DNA of 40,892 nucleotides from Ferruginibacter sp. (GTDB lineage: Bacteria; Bacteroidota; Bacteroidia; Chitinophagales; Chitinophagaceae). Location: the NCBI GenBank assembly GCA_043740775.1, contig JAYUBR010000641.1:1-40892 (forward strand). The letters are read 5' to 3'. The notes under the pieces were generated by a model. It was not told where the DNA came from. It searched no databases and was given only the letters and a program-made list of their open reading frames with translations. Each line of letters begins with the position of its first letter. The stretch's first letter is position 1. The position numbers and the translations under genes are program-made. Below, piece by piece: positions 1 through 9,386 of this stretch.

Positions 1-108
1 TAAGCAAAAAGTTACCAGGAACTTTAACAGGTATAATAAAAAGCTATTTTTTTTAAGAACCATATTAATAAATAAGTGAACAAAAATACAGATTCAAACC
101 ATTCATAA

Positions 109-357
109 TTATTGTGTACCAGATATAACATCCTTCTTTTCAATCCCTGTAGACAAATACCTGATCAGCCACGGAAAAACGAATTTAATCAATACAAAAA
201 AAGTTACCTGTGTGGCAAATAAGCGTCCCAAAATATAAGTACTGTCCATCTCCAGTGCGCTAAACTCCATAAAAAAGGCGCAGGCGGCACAGTAATTAAA
301 TAGCAAATTTTTTGAAGCCTTTTTTAACACATAAAAGTACATTTTGCCATATAAAAA
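109..357 (-). pseudogene. 5'-truncated second copy of the 3' end of the Wzy-like gene (could encode a 77-aa membrane peptide from the ATG at 342)
   Basis: 152-357 aligns without gaps to 4144-4349 (hand count 20 mismatches in 206 nt). Translation FLYGKMYFYVLKKASKNLLFNYCAACAFFMEFSALEMDSTYILGRLFAT matches the C-terminus of 4080..5525. An in-frame TAA lies just upstream of the homology. Confidence 0.85.
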
Positions 358-497
358 AAGTTAGCTTGTAGTTTAAAATGGTTGATTGAATGGAAACATT
401 AATCGATAAACTTTGATGGTATTTTTTTTTAAAAAATCTATTTTGTTTAAATTCCTTCATCTCATCCCCAGCCACACCAATAAGCACTTTCAAATAT

Positions 498-2906
498 TTA
501 CTGCAATATAAATTTTTGAACAGCTGTACCACTAACTTTTTCCGTTTTTAAGAAATAAATACCCTTTGGCTGATTACTAATATCTAAATCGATGGGTAAA
601 TACCAACTATAAACTTCTTTTACCAATACAATCTGGCCTGTTGAATTGGATACAGTAATTTTTAAAGCTCCGAAATATCCATTCATTGAAATCATCATCT
701 TTCCCGAAGATGGGTTTGGATATAGAATAAATGGATTATTGTCTGTAAATTTTACAGCCCGGGTATCTGAAAAACATTCCCCCGCTCCTTTTGGCTTTAT
801 TAATACCCGATAATGGTATTCAATACCTGATTGTAAATTATCCACGAATGAATACAAAGAATCGGCGGTAACCGCAGTTTTATAGATGGTTACAAAACGA
901 AAATTCTCCAGGGATCGCTGTAATTCGTAATGATCAATATTTTGCTGTTCTGAAATATTCCATTTTAATTTTACCTGCCGCTTATTAATAACAGTTGTAT
1001 CAAAAGTATAATCAATCCTTATTTTATTTTGCAGGCAGGGGTTTCTGCAGGTATTTACAGATAATACTTTGTTGCGTCTAACCAGGGCAGCGGCTTGTTC
1101 GTAGGTTGGCCTTTGTAAAAAGCAGGTGATGGGAGATGTCATACCGGCACCCAGGGCTGCAACCTGTTTACCTTCAGTAGTATTTGCCAGGTCGTAATTG
1201 CCATTTCCAGGATCAGCAAAAATTGCTTTTAACCCCCTCGGGTCATTTCTTAAATCGAAAAATAAACTATTCTGGTCCTGTCCTGATTGTCTTTTCCATT
1301 CTTCAAAACTTTGGATGGCTGGGCTCCCCCCGTTTGTAGCAGCATTGGTAGTTAGCCATAAAATTTTATTTCCCCTTAGTAAAATATATACGTTGTTGTT
1401 CCAGCGATCTTTTGACGTAGCAATGCCTTTACCGCTATTGATGCTGGCTGCAATTAATGATTTCGTTGGTTCAATATCACAAATAAAAATATTGCCGGTT
1501 GCAACAGTTTTACTGGTATCTCCTCCTCCACCAAAAACAAAAGCCCCTCCGCTTGCGCCGGAATTAACTACATGAATGATTGAATTGGTAAGCGTTAAAT
1601 TAGTATTGCTCTGCATAAAAATACCCGTTGTAAAATCCGTTCCTTTGGTTTTTATAAACACATTTTTAACAGAGGCAACAACAGGAAACTTGGGGCTATA
1701 GGCAATACCAAAACTCACTTCTTTAAAATAGGAATTACCGATAGCTGCATAGGTAGCATTACCGTAGTTATACCCCGTTTTATACTGGTCGGTATAAAGG
1801 TTATTGATGATTACGCTGTCATTGTTAAAAGTGTACATAAAACCATTGGCATCTGCACTATCCGCAAAAGCCAGTACATTGTCTATTTCAACTGCCCCGT
1901 AATTTGTACCATAGCTTGTATGAGTGTATACGGGTTCCGGTATATCAAAGAACATAGAATTTTTAATGGCGCAATGTCTTCTCAAACCTTCCTGATCGTA
2001 GAAAACCACTGCAAATTCATTGGTATTTTTAGGCCCTGGTAAAAAGAGCGAATGATTAATGGTTCCACTTCTTACTACCAGATGATGGATGGCTGCACCT
2101 GGTCCAAATATCATTTTATTGTAGTAGCTATTGGCGCCGGAAGGTATCATTCCATTACCTGCCCCAAAACCCCTGATCCATAAATTTTCAAAGTGATTGT
2201 CCGGCTGATAAGTACTGTTCACCGCCCAATCTCTTACAGTTACCTCGTACCGGTATTTCGAATTTACATTGGGAGAACTTCCATCACTGGTATGAATATA
2301 AACTGGTGCGGGATTTTCCACAGTGTTAACAGGTATATAAAAAGAACCCGCCGTATTTTCTACAGCTGTTATACCGGGTAAAAATTTCAATAATTTTCTT
2401 GCCGTAAATGGAGCTGTTTTTTCGAGTGTTTTATCAATTTCCAAAACATACATAAAACTATAACTACCAATACCATTGATACCATAACCTGTAAAACCTG
2501 TATACGGAATATCCTGTTTAAAAGTAAAAAAGGTACCTGGCTGCAATACCCATCCTGTGGCAAATTCCCTGGAGCCATTTAAAATGGCAAATTCATTTTG
2601 GCCTAAATTATCCGTAAATGTATTTAACTGAACGGGGCAGGGAGGCAGAAGGTTTTGTTCAAAAATATCTCCGCTTTTTAGTGCTATTTTAACACGCCCC
2701 TTAGCTGCATAGACGTTTCCAAGCAATGGAGCTATACCTGCCAGCGTCTTTTTGGGTAATAGCACAGAGGTGCCTGCATTATTATCATTGCCTTTGTTAC
2801 TGATATAAAAATCAACATCCTGTTGAGCAAAAGAAATTACTGGTAATGTCCACAACAGAACAACAACCTGCAGAAAAAATAAATTGATCCTTGTAAAATA
2901 TAACAT
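498..2906 (-). CDS. T9SS-secreted protein with a probable right-handed beta-helix (pectin-lyase-like) domain, an FN3/Ig-like domain and a type A sorting domain
   Basis: Likely start is the ATG at 2906 (MLYFTRINLFFLQVVVLLWTLPVISFA|QQ signal peptide). N-terminal FYISNKGNDNNAGTS..PKKTL resembles beta-helix enzyme N-termini; the core is Asn-rich; VKLKWNISEQQNIDHYELQRS is FN3-like; the C-terminus is LYPNPSSG...GIYFLK...KFILQ. Confidence 0.85.
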   Translation of the reverse strand: MLYFTRINLFFLQVVVLLWTLPVISFAQQDVDFYISNKGNDNNAGTSVLLPKKTLAGIAPLLGNVYAAKGRVKIALKSGDIFEQNLLPPCPVQLNTFTDNLGQNEFAILNGSREFATGWVLQPGTFFTFKQDIPYTGFTGYGINGIGSYSFMYVLEIDKTLEKTAPFTARKLLKFLPGITAVENTAGSFYIPVNTVENPAPVYIHTSDGSSPNVNSKYRYEVTVRDWAVNSTYQPDNHFENLWIRGFGAGNGMIPSGANSYYNKMIFGPGAAIHHLVVRSGTINHSLFLPGPKNTNEFAVVFYDQEGLRRHCAIKNSMFFDIPEPVYTHTSYGTNYGAVEIDNVLAFADSADANGFMYTFNNDSVIINNLYTDQYKTGYNYGNATYAAIGNSYFKEVSFGIAYSPKFPVVASVKNVFIKTKGTDFTTGIFMQSNTNLTLTNSIIHVVNSGASGGAFVFGGGGDTSKTVATGNIFICDIEPTKSLIAASINSGKGIATSKDRWNNNVYILLRGNKILWLTTNAATNGGSPAIQSFEEWKRQSGQDQNSLFFDLRNDPRGLKAIFADPGNGNYDLANTTEGKQVAALGAGMTSPITCFLQRPTYEQAAALVRRNKVLSVNTCRNPCLQNKIRIDYTFDTTVINKRQVKLKWNISEQQNIDHYELQRSLENFRFVTIYKTAVTADSLYSFVDNLQSGIEYHYRVLIKPKGAGECFSDTRAVKFTDNNPFILYPNPSSGKMMISMNGYFGALKITVSNSTGQIVLVKEVYSWYLPIDLDISNQPKGIYFLKTEKVSGTAVQKFILQ

Positions 2907-2922
2907 TAATAGGTTGATTCTT

Positions 2923-4062
2923 TTAATTAACCCCCACCTCCCTGGCCAAAAACATTTCATCGTATTGCGCTTTTAACTTTTCCAGATCAAGGTGCCTTAA
3001 TGCATAGGCGTTAGCACCCCTATTCCAGTTTGCAAATTCTGCTGCAGGCATGGCTGCAAAAAAAACAATCGCCTTTGCTATTTCCGTTACAGTTCCACTG
3101 CCACATTAAAGCCTGCCTGGTGTTGAAACAATTCGTTGAAAGGTGTATGATGACTTGTAATTACCGGCTTACCGGCTGAGAGTGCCTCAAAAATAGCATG
3201 ACCAAAATTTTCGCTTTTACTGGTCAAAATAAAAACCTCCGATGCTCTAAGTGTTGCTGCTATTTTTTCCGGTAGCACATCCCCATGATACTGAACTTTT
3301 ATATGTGGGGGCAGCAATTTTATAACCGACAGGCATTGCTGCCAATAGCCATCATCTTTTACCGGACCGTAAAGATCATAGTGTACGGTGCACCTGCAGT
3401 ATTGCAATGCATCCAGTACCACTGCAATATTTTTCATTGGGCTAATCAATGCTATGGAAACTAAATTTACTGTACCAGCTCTTTTTTCTGTTGCCTGCTG
3501 CAATGAAAATACCCTTGGAAAATTACCTGCAACATATACTTTTACGGCCTCCCCAAATACCTGTTGAATGAATGCCTGCTCCTGAATATCGGTTGCATGA
3601 AAATAATGATGCCGGTGCAGGCCGGCAGACTTCCAGATTGCCAGGTATATTTTTTTCTTGAATGACTTTTGCGACAAGGCCCCTGTATGCAACATTCCCG
3701 CACAGAAACGATCTTAGCCCGGGCCTTTCCAAATAATAAAGGTACCAGGTTAAAATACCACGAATAAATACCAATGATAAAAAGCACATCTGCCCGGGTA
3801 TTATTAATCTCCTTTTTTATAACTTTTACCGACCGGGAATTCTTTGAAGCATACCACACCTGGTGCAGTCGTTGTAGTTTACCCATTCATCAAAAGCCAC
3901 CCCTTTATTTATAGTACCATCCAGGGCAGTATTAGCGCAAAATATTTTAAAATGGGTACCAGGCCTGTGGTATTGTGCCACCAGGTTGGCGATAGATTGC
4001 ACCGGACCCCCTGCTTTGTATGCGGGATGAAACCAATCAATACAAATAAAAATAGTATTCAT
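2923..4062 (-). pseudogene. GT4 glycosyltransferase broken by three apparent 1-nt deletions (pseudogene or sequencing error)
   Basis: ORFs 3826..4062, 3542..3886, 3087..3695 and a tail ending at TAA 2923-2925 join into ~380 aa if one base is added near 3862, 3698 and 3093. Motifs: DWFHPAYKAGGPVQS, restored VRGML, SKSENFGHAIFEALSAGKPVI. Confidence 0.85.
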
Positions 4063-4079
4063 AGTAAAATCAAAACTGC

Positions 4080-5525
4080 TTACACCAATTCCTGACCTGC
4101 TGAATGGACAGATGAAAAGTTATCCTTCTTTGCACCTCCAACCGACAAATATTTAATCAACCAGGGAAAGAAGAATTTAATCAAAACAAAAAAAGTAATC
4201 AGGGTCGCAAACAAGCGTCCTAAAATATAAGTACTGTCCATTTCCAGTGCGCTAAACTCCATAAAAAAGGCGCAGGCGGCGCAGTAATTAAATACCAAAT
4301 TTTTTGAAGCCTTTTTTAACACATAAAAGTATATTTTACCATATAAAAATCCCAGCAACAGTAAAATAAACATCATCCCAATTAAGCCCAGATCAATAAA
4401 ACAGTCTGCAAAATAACCCAGGCTAAAGGATACGCCCTGCTCCTTTCCCAAATAGCGCAGGCCCGTATATTTTCTTACTTTTGCCGTTGCATCATACATG
4501 GGTTTGTCGGGGTTTAAAAACCGGGGGGTAGTGGCAAAACTAAGGCTGGTTAACCAGTTGTCGCCATATTCAAATGGCAATACAGAAGGCATTCTATCAA
4601 TGGTTTTAGCAAAGTGGTAGGTGTACTGTAACCTATCTAACATTTGTAAAACGCTGCCATCTAATTTTTCATTATTTACCTCGCTGGATAAATCATACAA
4701 TTTATTAAAAGCAGCATCCGATTCTACTCCAACTACCTGTTGTGTGCTTCCGGAATTTAAAAAGGATCGGTATTCACCTTTTACATTCGTCCAGATTAAA
4801 CCAAAGAGTCCTAAAAGCACCCCAATAATAATAACCCCAAAAACCTGTTTAAAACTCAATTTATCCACCAGGGTAAGTACTAAAACTGCCAGGTAAAAAA
4901 TTACCGTTTTAAAATCTGAAAAAAAGCTTAAAAACCCTGATAAGAATTCAAATACCACAAACACGTAAAATATCTTTTTATTCTCATTTTTTAAAAAACA
5001 CTGAAAGCCAAACAACAGAAATAATATCCATTTTATTTTTACCAGGCTAAAAATAACCTGGGTAAGGCCACCAAACAAAAATGCCACTGCACCTAATGAA
5101 GAAGTAGCAAAATAGGCAATAATGTAAGCATACATCACCTTCTCTGAAGAGAACTTATCTACATATCCCTTTAAAGTAAACCTGGTTTGAGCGGGCAGCT
5201 TATTTTGAAAATAAAGTATCGGTGCCATCAAAAAAACCAGGCCTATTGAACAGGCTATGATGGCCGTTGCCTGGGAAGGTGATCTGTAATTGATATCCTT
5301 CTCTAAATAATTGGCTAACCATACTGCTGCAGTAATATTTATAAAATGCTGTGCCGCTATTAAAGAAAAAACTGCCGGTTTAAATGGTTGTTGTAAATTA
5401 TAGAAGATAATATACAAAACAGCCAGTGGTAAAAATAGATAAATCCCATTATTGAAAAGCAACATGCTCAATAATATTACAATCAACAAAAACTTTGACT
5501 GTTCATCAATTTTTATATGCGTCAT
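4080..5525 (-). CDS. Wzy-like polysaccharide polymerase / O-antigen-ligase-like multi-pass membrane protein
   Basis: 481 aa with roughly 11-12 hydrophobic segments and a large late loop containing PRFLNPDKP and GYFADCFIDLGLIG, as in Wzy-like proteins; glycan-locus context. Confidence 0.65.
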   Translation of the reverse strand: MTHIKIDEQSKFLLIVILLSMLLFNNGIYLFLPLAVLYIIFYNLQQPFKPAVFSLIAAQHFINITAAVWLANYLEKDINYRSPSQATAIIACSIGLVFLMAPILYFQNKLPAQTRFTLKGYVDKFSSEKVMYAYIIAYFATSSLGAVAFLFGGLTQVIFSLVKIKWILFLLFGFQCFLKNENKKIFYVFVVFEFLSGFLSFFSDFKTVIFYLAVLVLTLVDKLSFKQVFGVIIIGVLLGLFGLIWTNVKGEYRSFLNSGSTQQVVGVESDAAFNKLYDLSSEVNNEKLDGSVLQMLDRLQYTYHFAKTIDRMPSVLPFEYGDNWLTSLSFATTPRFLNPDKPMYDATAKVRKYTGLRYLGKEQGVSFSLGYFADCFIDLGLIGMMFILLLLGFLYGKIYFYVLKKASKNLVFNYCAACAFFMEFSALEMDSTYILGRLFATLITFFVLIKFFFPWLIKYLSVGGAKKDNFSSVHSAGQELV

Positions 5526-5622
5526 TTATTTTTTGAAGTTTTAGTCAACCTTTTATAAAAGTGAACACCTTGATGATTTACAATACACAGATATTTTATA
5601 TTTACTAACCACATCATAAGTC

Positions 5623-6564
5623 TTATTCAATTCCTTTGTCCACATAAGGTGTCTTTTTTAAAAATATTCTGTTTTTTGCATAATAAAAAGTAAGGAAAAT
5701 TATGTTATCAAATTGATGTAACCTGATTAAAAAGGTCAATCCTGTTTTAAACCTGCCATGGATAAATTCTTTTAACATTAAGGTATAGTAAAACAATAAT
5801 TTGTGATTGCGTAATAATTTCCACCCTTCTTTTTTTTGAATTTCGTTTACATACGATAACAGAATATGATACACCTGAATATCCTCTTTTAAATGATATA
5901 TGAAATATTTTTTCTGGCCGCTCAACTGTCCTTCATGATTTCTTAACTGTACTAAGGATTTATTAATAAAACCTACGGGGTAATCCTTCGTCAGCCTGAC
6001 CCACATTTCAAAATCACCACTTATTTTCATTTGTTCATTAAACAAACCCACTTTGTTCAAAGCAGATTTATTCAATGCCACATTGGCGATATTACCGGCA
6101 ATTGAACCTGTAAAAAAAGCAATGCGGGCATGTAGGATTGATGAGACGATTTCCGGTGTATCATCCCTTTGATCAATATTTAAACTATTTCCCGAAGCAT
6201 CAATATAATCTCTTCCAGTATAACTGAAACCTATTTCCGGATGCAGGCCATGAAAAGCAACTATTGCCCCAATACAATTTGGATACAGCACATCATCCTG
6301 TGACCAAAGTTTTATAATACTACCTCTACTTTTTTTAATTAAAAAATTAAGGTTGTAAAACAGGCCCCTGTTTTGTTCATTGCGAAAAAGGGTTACCCGT
6401 TCGTCATCCAATGATTGAAGCCATTCCCAACTTTCATCTGTAGAGCAATCATCCACTATAAGGAATTCAAAATCAGTAAAATCCTGTTGCAGGATAGAAT
6501 CAACGGATTGTTGCAGGTATTTCATGCCATTGTAAACAGGTAGTATAACAGAGATGAGGGGCAT
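5623..6564 (-). CDS. GT2 glycosyltransferase
   Basis: ISVILPVYNG, IVDDCSTD, SQDD, SGDFEMW motifs. Confidence 0.92.
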   Translation of the reverse strand: MPLISVILPVYNGMKYLQQSVDSILQQDFTDFEFLIVDDCSTDESWEWLQSLDDERVTLFRNEQNRGLFYNLNFLIKKSRGSIIKLWSQDDVLYPNCIGAIVAFHGLHPEIGFSYTGRDYIDASGNSLNIDQRDDTPEIVSSILHARIAFFTGSIAGNIANVALNKSALNKVGLFNEQMKISGDFEMWVRLTKDYPVGFINKSLVQLRNHEGQLSGQKKYFIYHLKEDIQVYHILLSYVNEIQKKEGWKLLRNHKLLFYYTLMLKEFIHGRFKTGLTFLIRLHQFDNIIFLTFYYAKNRIFLKKTPYVDKGIE

Positions 6565-6671
6565 GTTGGTTTGTTGTATTGTTGATCTGATGACTATCGG
6601 ATTATTGGATTGTTTTCAGCCCTTGCCTCCTTAGGAATATATTTGATTATGTGGGATTGAATACGATCCAC

Positions 6672-6791
6672 TCCCATGAGCGCCGTACCTCACCCCCAGC
6701 CCCACTCTTGAAGGCATTGGGATTTTCGACTTAAAGAGTGGGTGGGTTGAAATTCCCATAAGCGACGTTGTTGTGTCTCCTTACCAACAAC
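6672..6791. repeat. Intergenic REP-like composite element: two imperfect direct repeats, each followed by a hairpin
   Basis: tcccatgagcgccgt (6672-6686) vs tcccataagcgacgt (6754-6768); inverted repeats cccactctt 6701-6709 / aagagtggg 6734-6742 and gttgttg 6767-6773 / caacaac 6785-6791. Confidence 0.55.
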
Positions 6792-6887
6792 CAAAGCTTG
6801 CCCGGTTTAAATTTCGCTCTGGCTGAGTGCAATTTATCTTGACTGAATGATAGAATGTTAGTTGTTCCGCCTTTTGCTTCTTGCTTA

Positions 6888-8054
6888 TCACAGCTCCATC
6901 ACCGTTGCTTCAATTGCTTTGGCAATATGGCTAAGTGTAAAGGATAGAATCTTTTCACCGGATTGCCTGCCCATTTTCTTAAGCCTGGTTTTGTCGTTCA
7001 ATGCCAATTCGATGAATGTCATGAAATCCTGGTCATCCTTTGGATCAATGACTAATCCGTTGATGCCTGGTTCTATAAGATCGGCTGTGCCACCCACTTT
7101 ATTGGTAGCAGCGATGGCTCTTCCGGAAGCCATGGCTTCGTTTAGCGCCATACCCCAGGTTTCACCCGGGCCGTTGGAAGGTAAAACAAACAGGTCAGCA
7201 ACCCTGTAGATCACCGGCATGAGCTGCTGGTTTTGAAAATCCATTAGTAAAATCCTGGGATCATTTGCTGCCGCAGCCTGTATAGCTGGCAACAGTACAC
7301 CTGATCCTACAAATAATATTTTCAATCGCTTGTCCTGAATAGTTTTTAAAAGCTGTAAGTGGTAAAGGGGATTTTTCTTTGCTTCAAACTTACCGGCAAA
7401 TAGCAGCAGTATGTCTGCTTCGGCTACACCCAATGTTTGCCTGATGGATGAGGCCTGGGCTTCATATAAGTCGTTGGGCTCAGCAAAACGCTCATTGTCT
7501 GTTGCATGAGGGGCATACACCAGTTGGGATGCTTTTAACCCATGCGCCAAAAAATAGTTCCTGTTGTTTTCACCTACATAAAAAGCAACATCTACATGGC
7601 GATATACCCATTTCAAAAACAACCTCCGCAATACTTGTTTTATACCTCTCTTTTCATCCAGCAAGGTAGAGTCTCCCCTGAAAAGAACCGGTATTTTACC
7701 GTGAAAATAGCGCAGGCATTTTAGATGACTTTGAAAAGCCCAGCCAAATACCAGCACCGCATCCGCTCCCCAATTTTTGATTGCAGAATTTAGGGTAGGA
7801 TTAATGATACCCTTGAAATGGTGACTGCCCGGATTGGGTGAAAGGTTTTCTACAAAGCAATGCTCATAGCCTTCCAGTAAGGGAATGTCCCATTCAATCT
7901 GCCGGCCAAAGCCTGGATCCTGCTTATTTACCATTACACCCTTACCCCAGGTATAAAAAACTTTGATGGCAATCACTCCATTTTGTGCAAGTAATTTAAA
8001 CAGGGGGGCATTGTATTGAATGGGATGGGTGCTAACAATGGCCAGTTTTTTCAA
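6888..8054 (-). CDS. GT4 glycosyltransferase (TTG start)
   Basis: KKLAIVSTHPIQY N-terminus, LFAGKFEAKK, ETWGMALNEAMASG (EX7E). Confidence 0.92.
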   Translation of the reverse strand: MKKLAIVSTHPIQYNAPLFKLLAQNGVIAIKVFYTWGKGVMVNKQDPGFGRQIEWDIPLLEGYEHCFVENLSPNPGSHHFKGIINPTLNSAIKNWGADAVLVFGWAFQSHLKCLRYFHGKIPVLFRGDSTLLDEKRGIKQVLRRLFLKWVYRHVDVAFYVGENNRNYFLAHGLKASQLVYAPHATDNERFAEPNDLYEAQASSIRQTLGVAEADILLLFAGKFEAKKNPLYHLQLLKTIQDKRLKILFVGSGVLLPAIQAAAANDPRILLMDFQNQQLMPVIYRVADLFVLPSNGPGETWGMALNEAMASGRAIAATNKVGGTADLIEPGINGLVIDPKDDQDFMTFIELALNDKTRLKKMGRQSGEKILSFTLSHIAKAIEATVMEL

Positions 8055-8078
8055 TGCTAAAATTTTATACTTCTTGTT

Positions 8079-9386
8079 TTAAAACTTACCGTTATAATAA
8101 CTGTAAAGAGACAATGCACCAATCGCCAGGCCCAGTAAGATTCTTATAATTTTTGCCAGGTTTGTTTTTTCATAAGGTGCAAACATCAGGATAAAAAAAG
8201 GAATCGCCTGCCCGACGTATCGGCTTGAAAACTGGGTGGTGACTTTTATAGTGGAAAAGACGATGAACAATGAGATCATGCCAATCAATACATAAACACT
8301 GTCATCTTTCCGGAGCCATAACTGGTAGACTGTTGAAACAAGAAACCAGAGCGCAACGGATGCCAGTAAACCTGGCATAATATTACCATAATGCACAAAT
8401 AATCCAGCCGGAAGCAATTTTGCCATTGTATCATGAAGCGGTGCAAATTCAAAAATGCCAAAATAAACATTGATGAGGACAAGTACAACGCTGATTGCCG
8501 CAAAGCTGGTGAGTACGTTTTTTTTAAACAGGAACCAGGAAGGCGCTAAAATGAGGGCTATGACGCCGCTGTAAGAACAAGCTAAAATTCCATACCATAA
8601 ATTGACGGCAATTTTGTTTGCACCTACGGCCTCGGTCCCGAGCGGTGGCGTAAGTGTACCCCAAAGATTAAATACGTACAATGGCAAGGGAAGTGCTGTC
8701 ATAACAAAAACGAAAAATAAAATAAGCAACTGTTTTGTAGTGAATGATGATATGCTGTTGGGCGATAAGCCCGTTTTACTCTTTTGAAGAAGGTTAATTC
8801 CGAACCAACACAGCATAGCAATTATTGCCATCAGGTAAAATGAACGGCCCATCACTGAGAAAGAAAAGAATATGCCCGCGGCAGCAACCCACCCGGGCCT
8901 GTTACGGAATTTTATATCGGACAAAATTCCCTTCAGAAAAAAGAAAAAGCCTATAGAGCCACAAGCCATGGTTGGAACTTCGGTCAACCCCAATCCGCAA
9001 AAAACCCAAACGAAAGGAATTGCGATAAAGTTCAAGGTAAGGATCAACGGATCCTTATAACCAAGCAACCGGGCATTGAAATAAATGGAGGCAAGTAATA
9101 CCAGCAGAAGTGAATAATTTGCCAGCCTGACTGTCATGATATCAAATGGCTGTATGTAAAAGAAACAATGGTGATACACTCCATATGCAGGGCCTGCGGA
9201 CCCTTTGATATTGAGTAAAAACTGGTTAGACAATCCGTACTTCTCCAATAAGAATATGTTAGGCACGAAGTTGAACTCATCGTACAACAGGTTGCCCTTG
9301 CCTGTTAGTATAAAGATCAGTATCAAAACGAGACCAGCGGAAGCCAGCAGAATATTGGTTACTCTCAATGAGTTGAATTTTATCAT
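8079..9386 (-). CDS. Multi-pass membrane protein, probable GT-C fold glycosyltransferase (lipid-phosphate-sugar donor)
   Basis: About 11-12 hydrophobic segments, acidic YDE motif just after TM1, LTEVP in a later loop, RY near the C-terminus; ATGA overlap with the upstream DPM-like GT2. Confidence 0.55.
   Translation of the reverse strand: MIKFNSLRVTNILLASAGLVLILIFILTGKGNLLYDEFNFVPNIFLLEKYGLSNQFLLNIKGSAGPAYGVYHHCFFYIQPFDIMTVRLANYSLLLVLLASIYFNARLLGYKDPLILTLNFIAIPFVWVFCGLGLTEVPTMACGSIGFFFFLKGILSDIKFRNRPGWVAAAGIFFSFSVMGRSFYLMAIIAMLCWFGINLLQKSKTGLSPNSISSFTTKQLLILFFVFVMTALPLPLYVFNLWGTLTPPLGTEAVGANKIAVNLWYGILACSYSGVIALILAPSWFLFKKNVLTSFAAISVVLVLINVYFGIFEFAPLHDTMAKLLPAGLFVHYGNIMPGLLASVALWFLVSTVYQLWLRKDDSVYVLIGMISLFIVFSTIKVTTQFSSRYVGQAIPFFILMFAPYEKTNLAKIIRILLGLAIGALSLYSYYNGKF

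Noticed and set aside
296-532. 78-aa minus-strand ORF bridging the T9SS gene and the wzy fragment
   Set aside because: It overlaps both in other frames and has no recognisable motif; probably a chance ORF.
2907-2960. 18-aa N-terminal extension of the T9SS ORF (MKCFWPGRWG...)
   Set aside because: It overlaps the reconstructed GT4 C-terminus; the ATG at 2906 gives a proper signal peptide.
6672-6791. Possible mini-CRISPR
   Set aside because: Only two imperfect 15-bp repeats, a 67-nt spacer, and no cas genes in the window.
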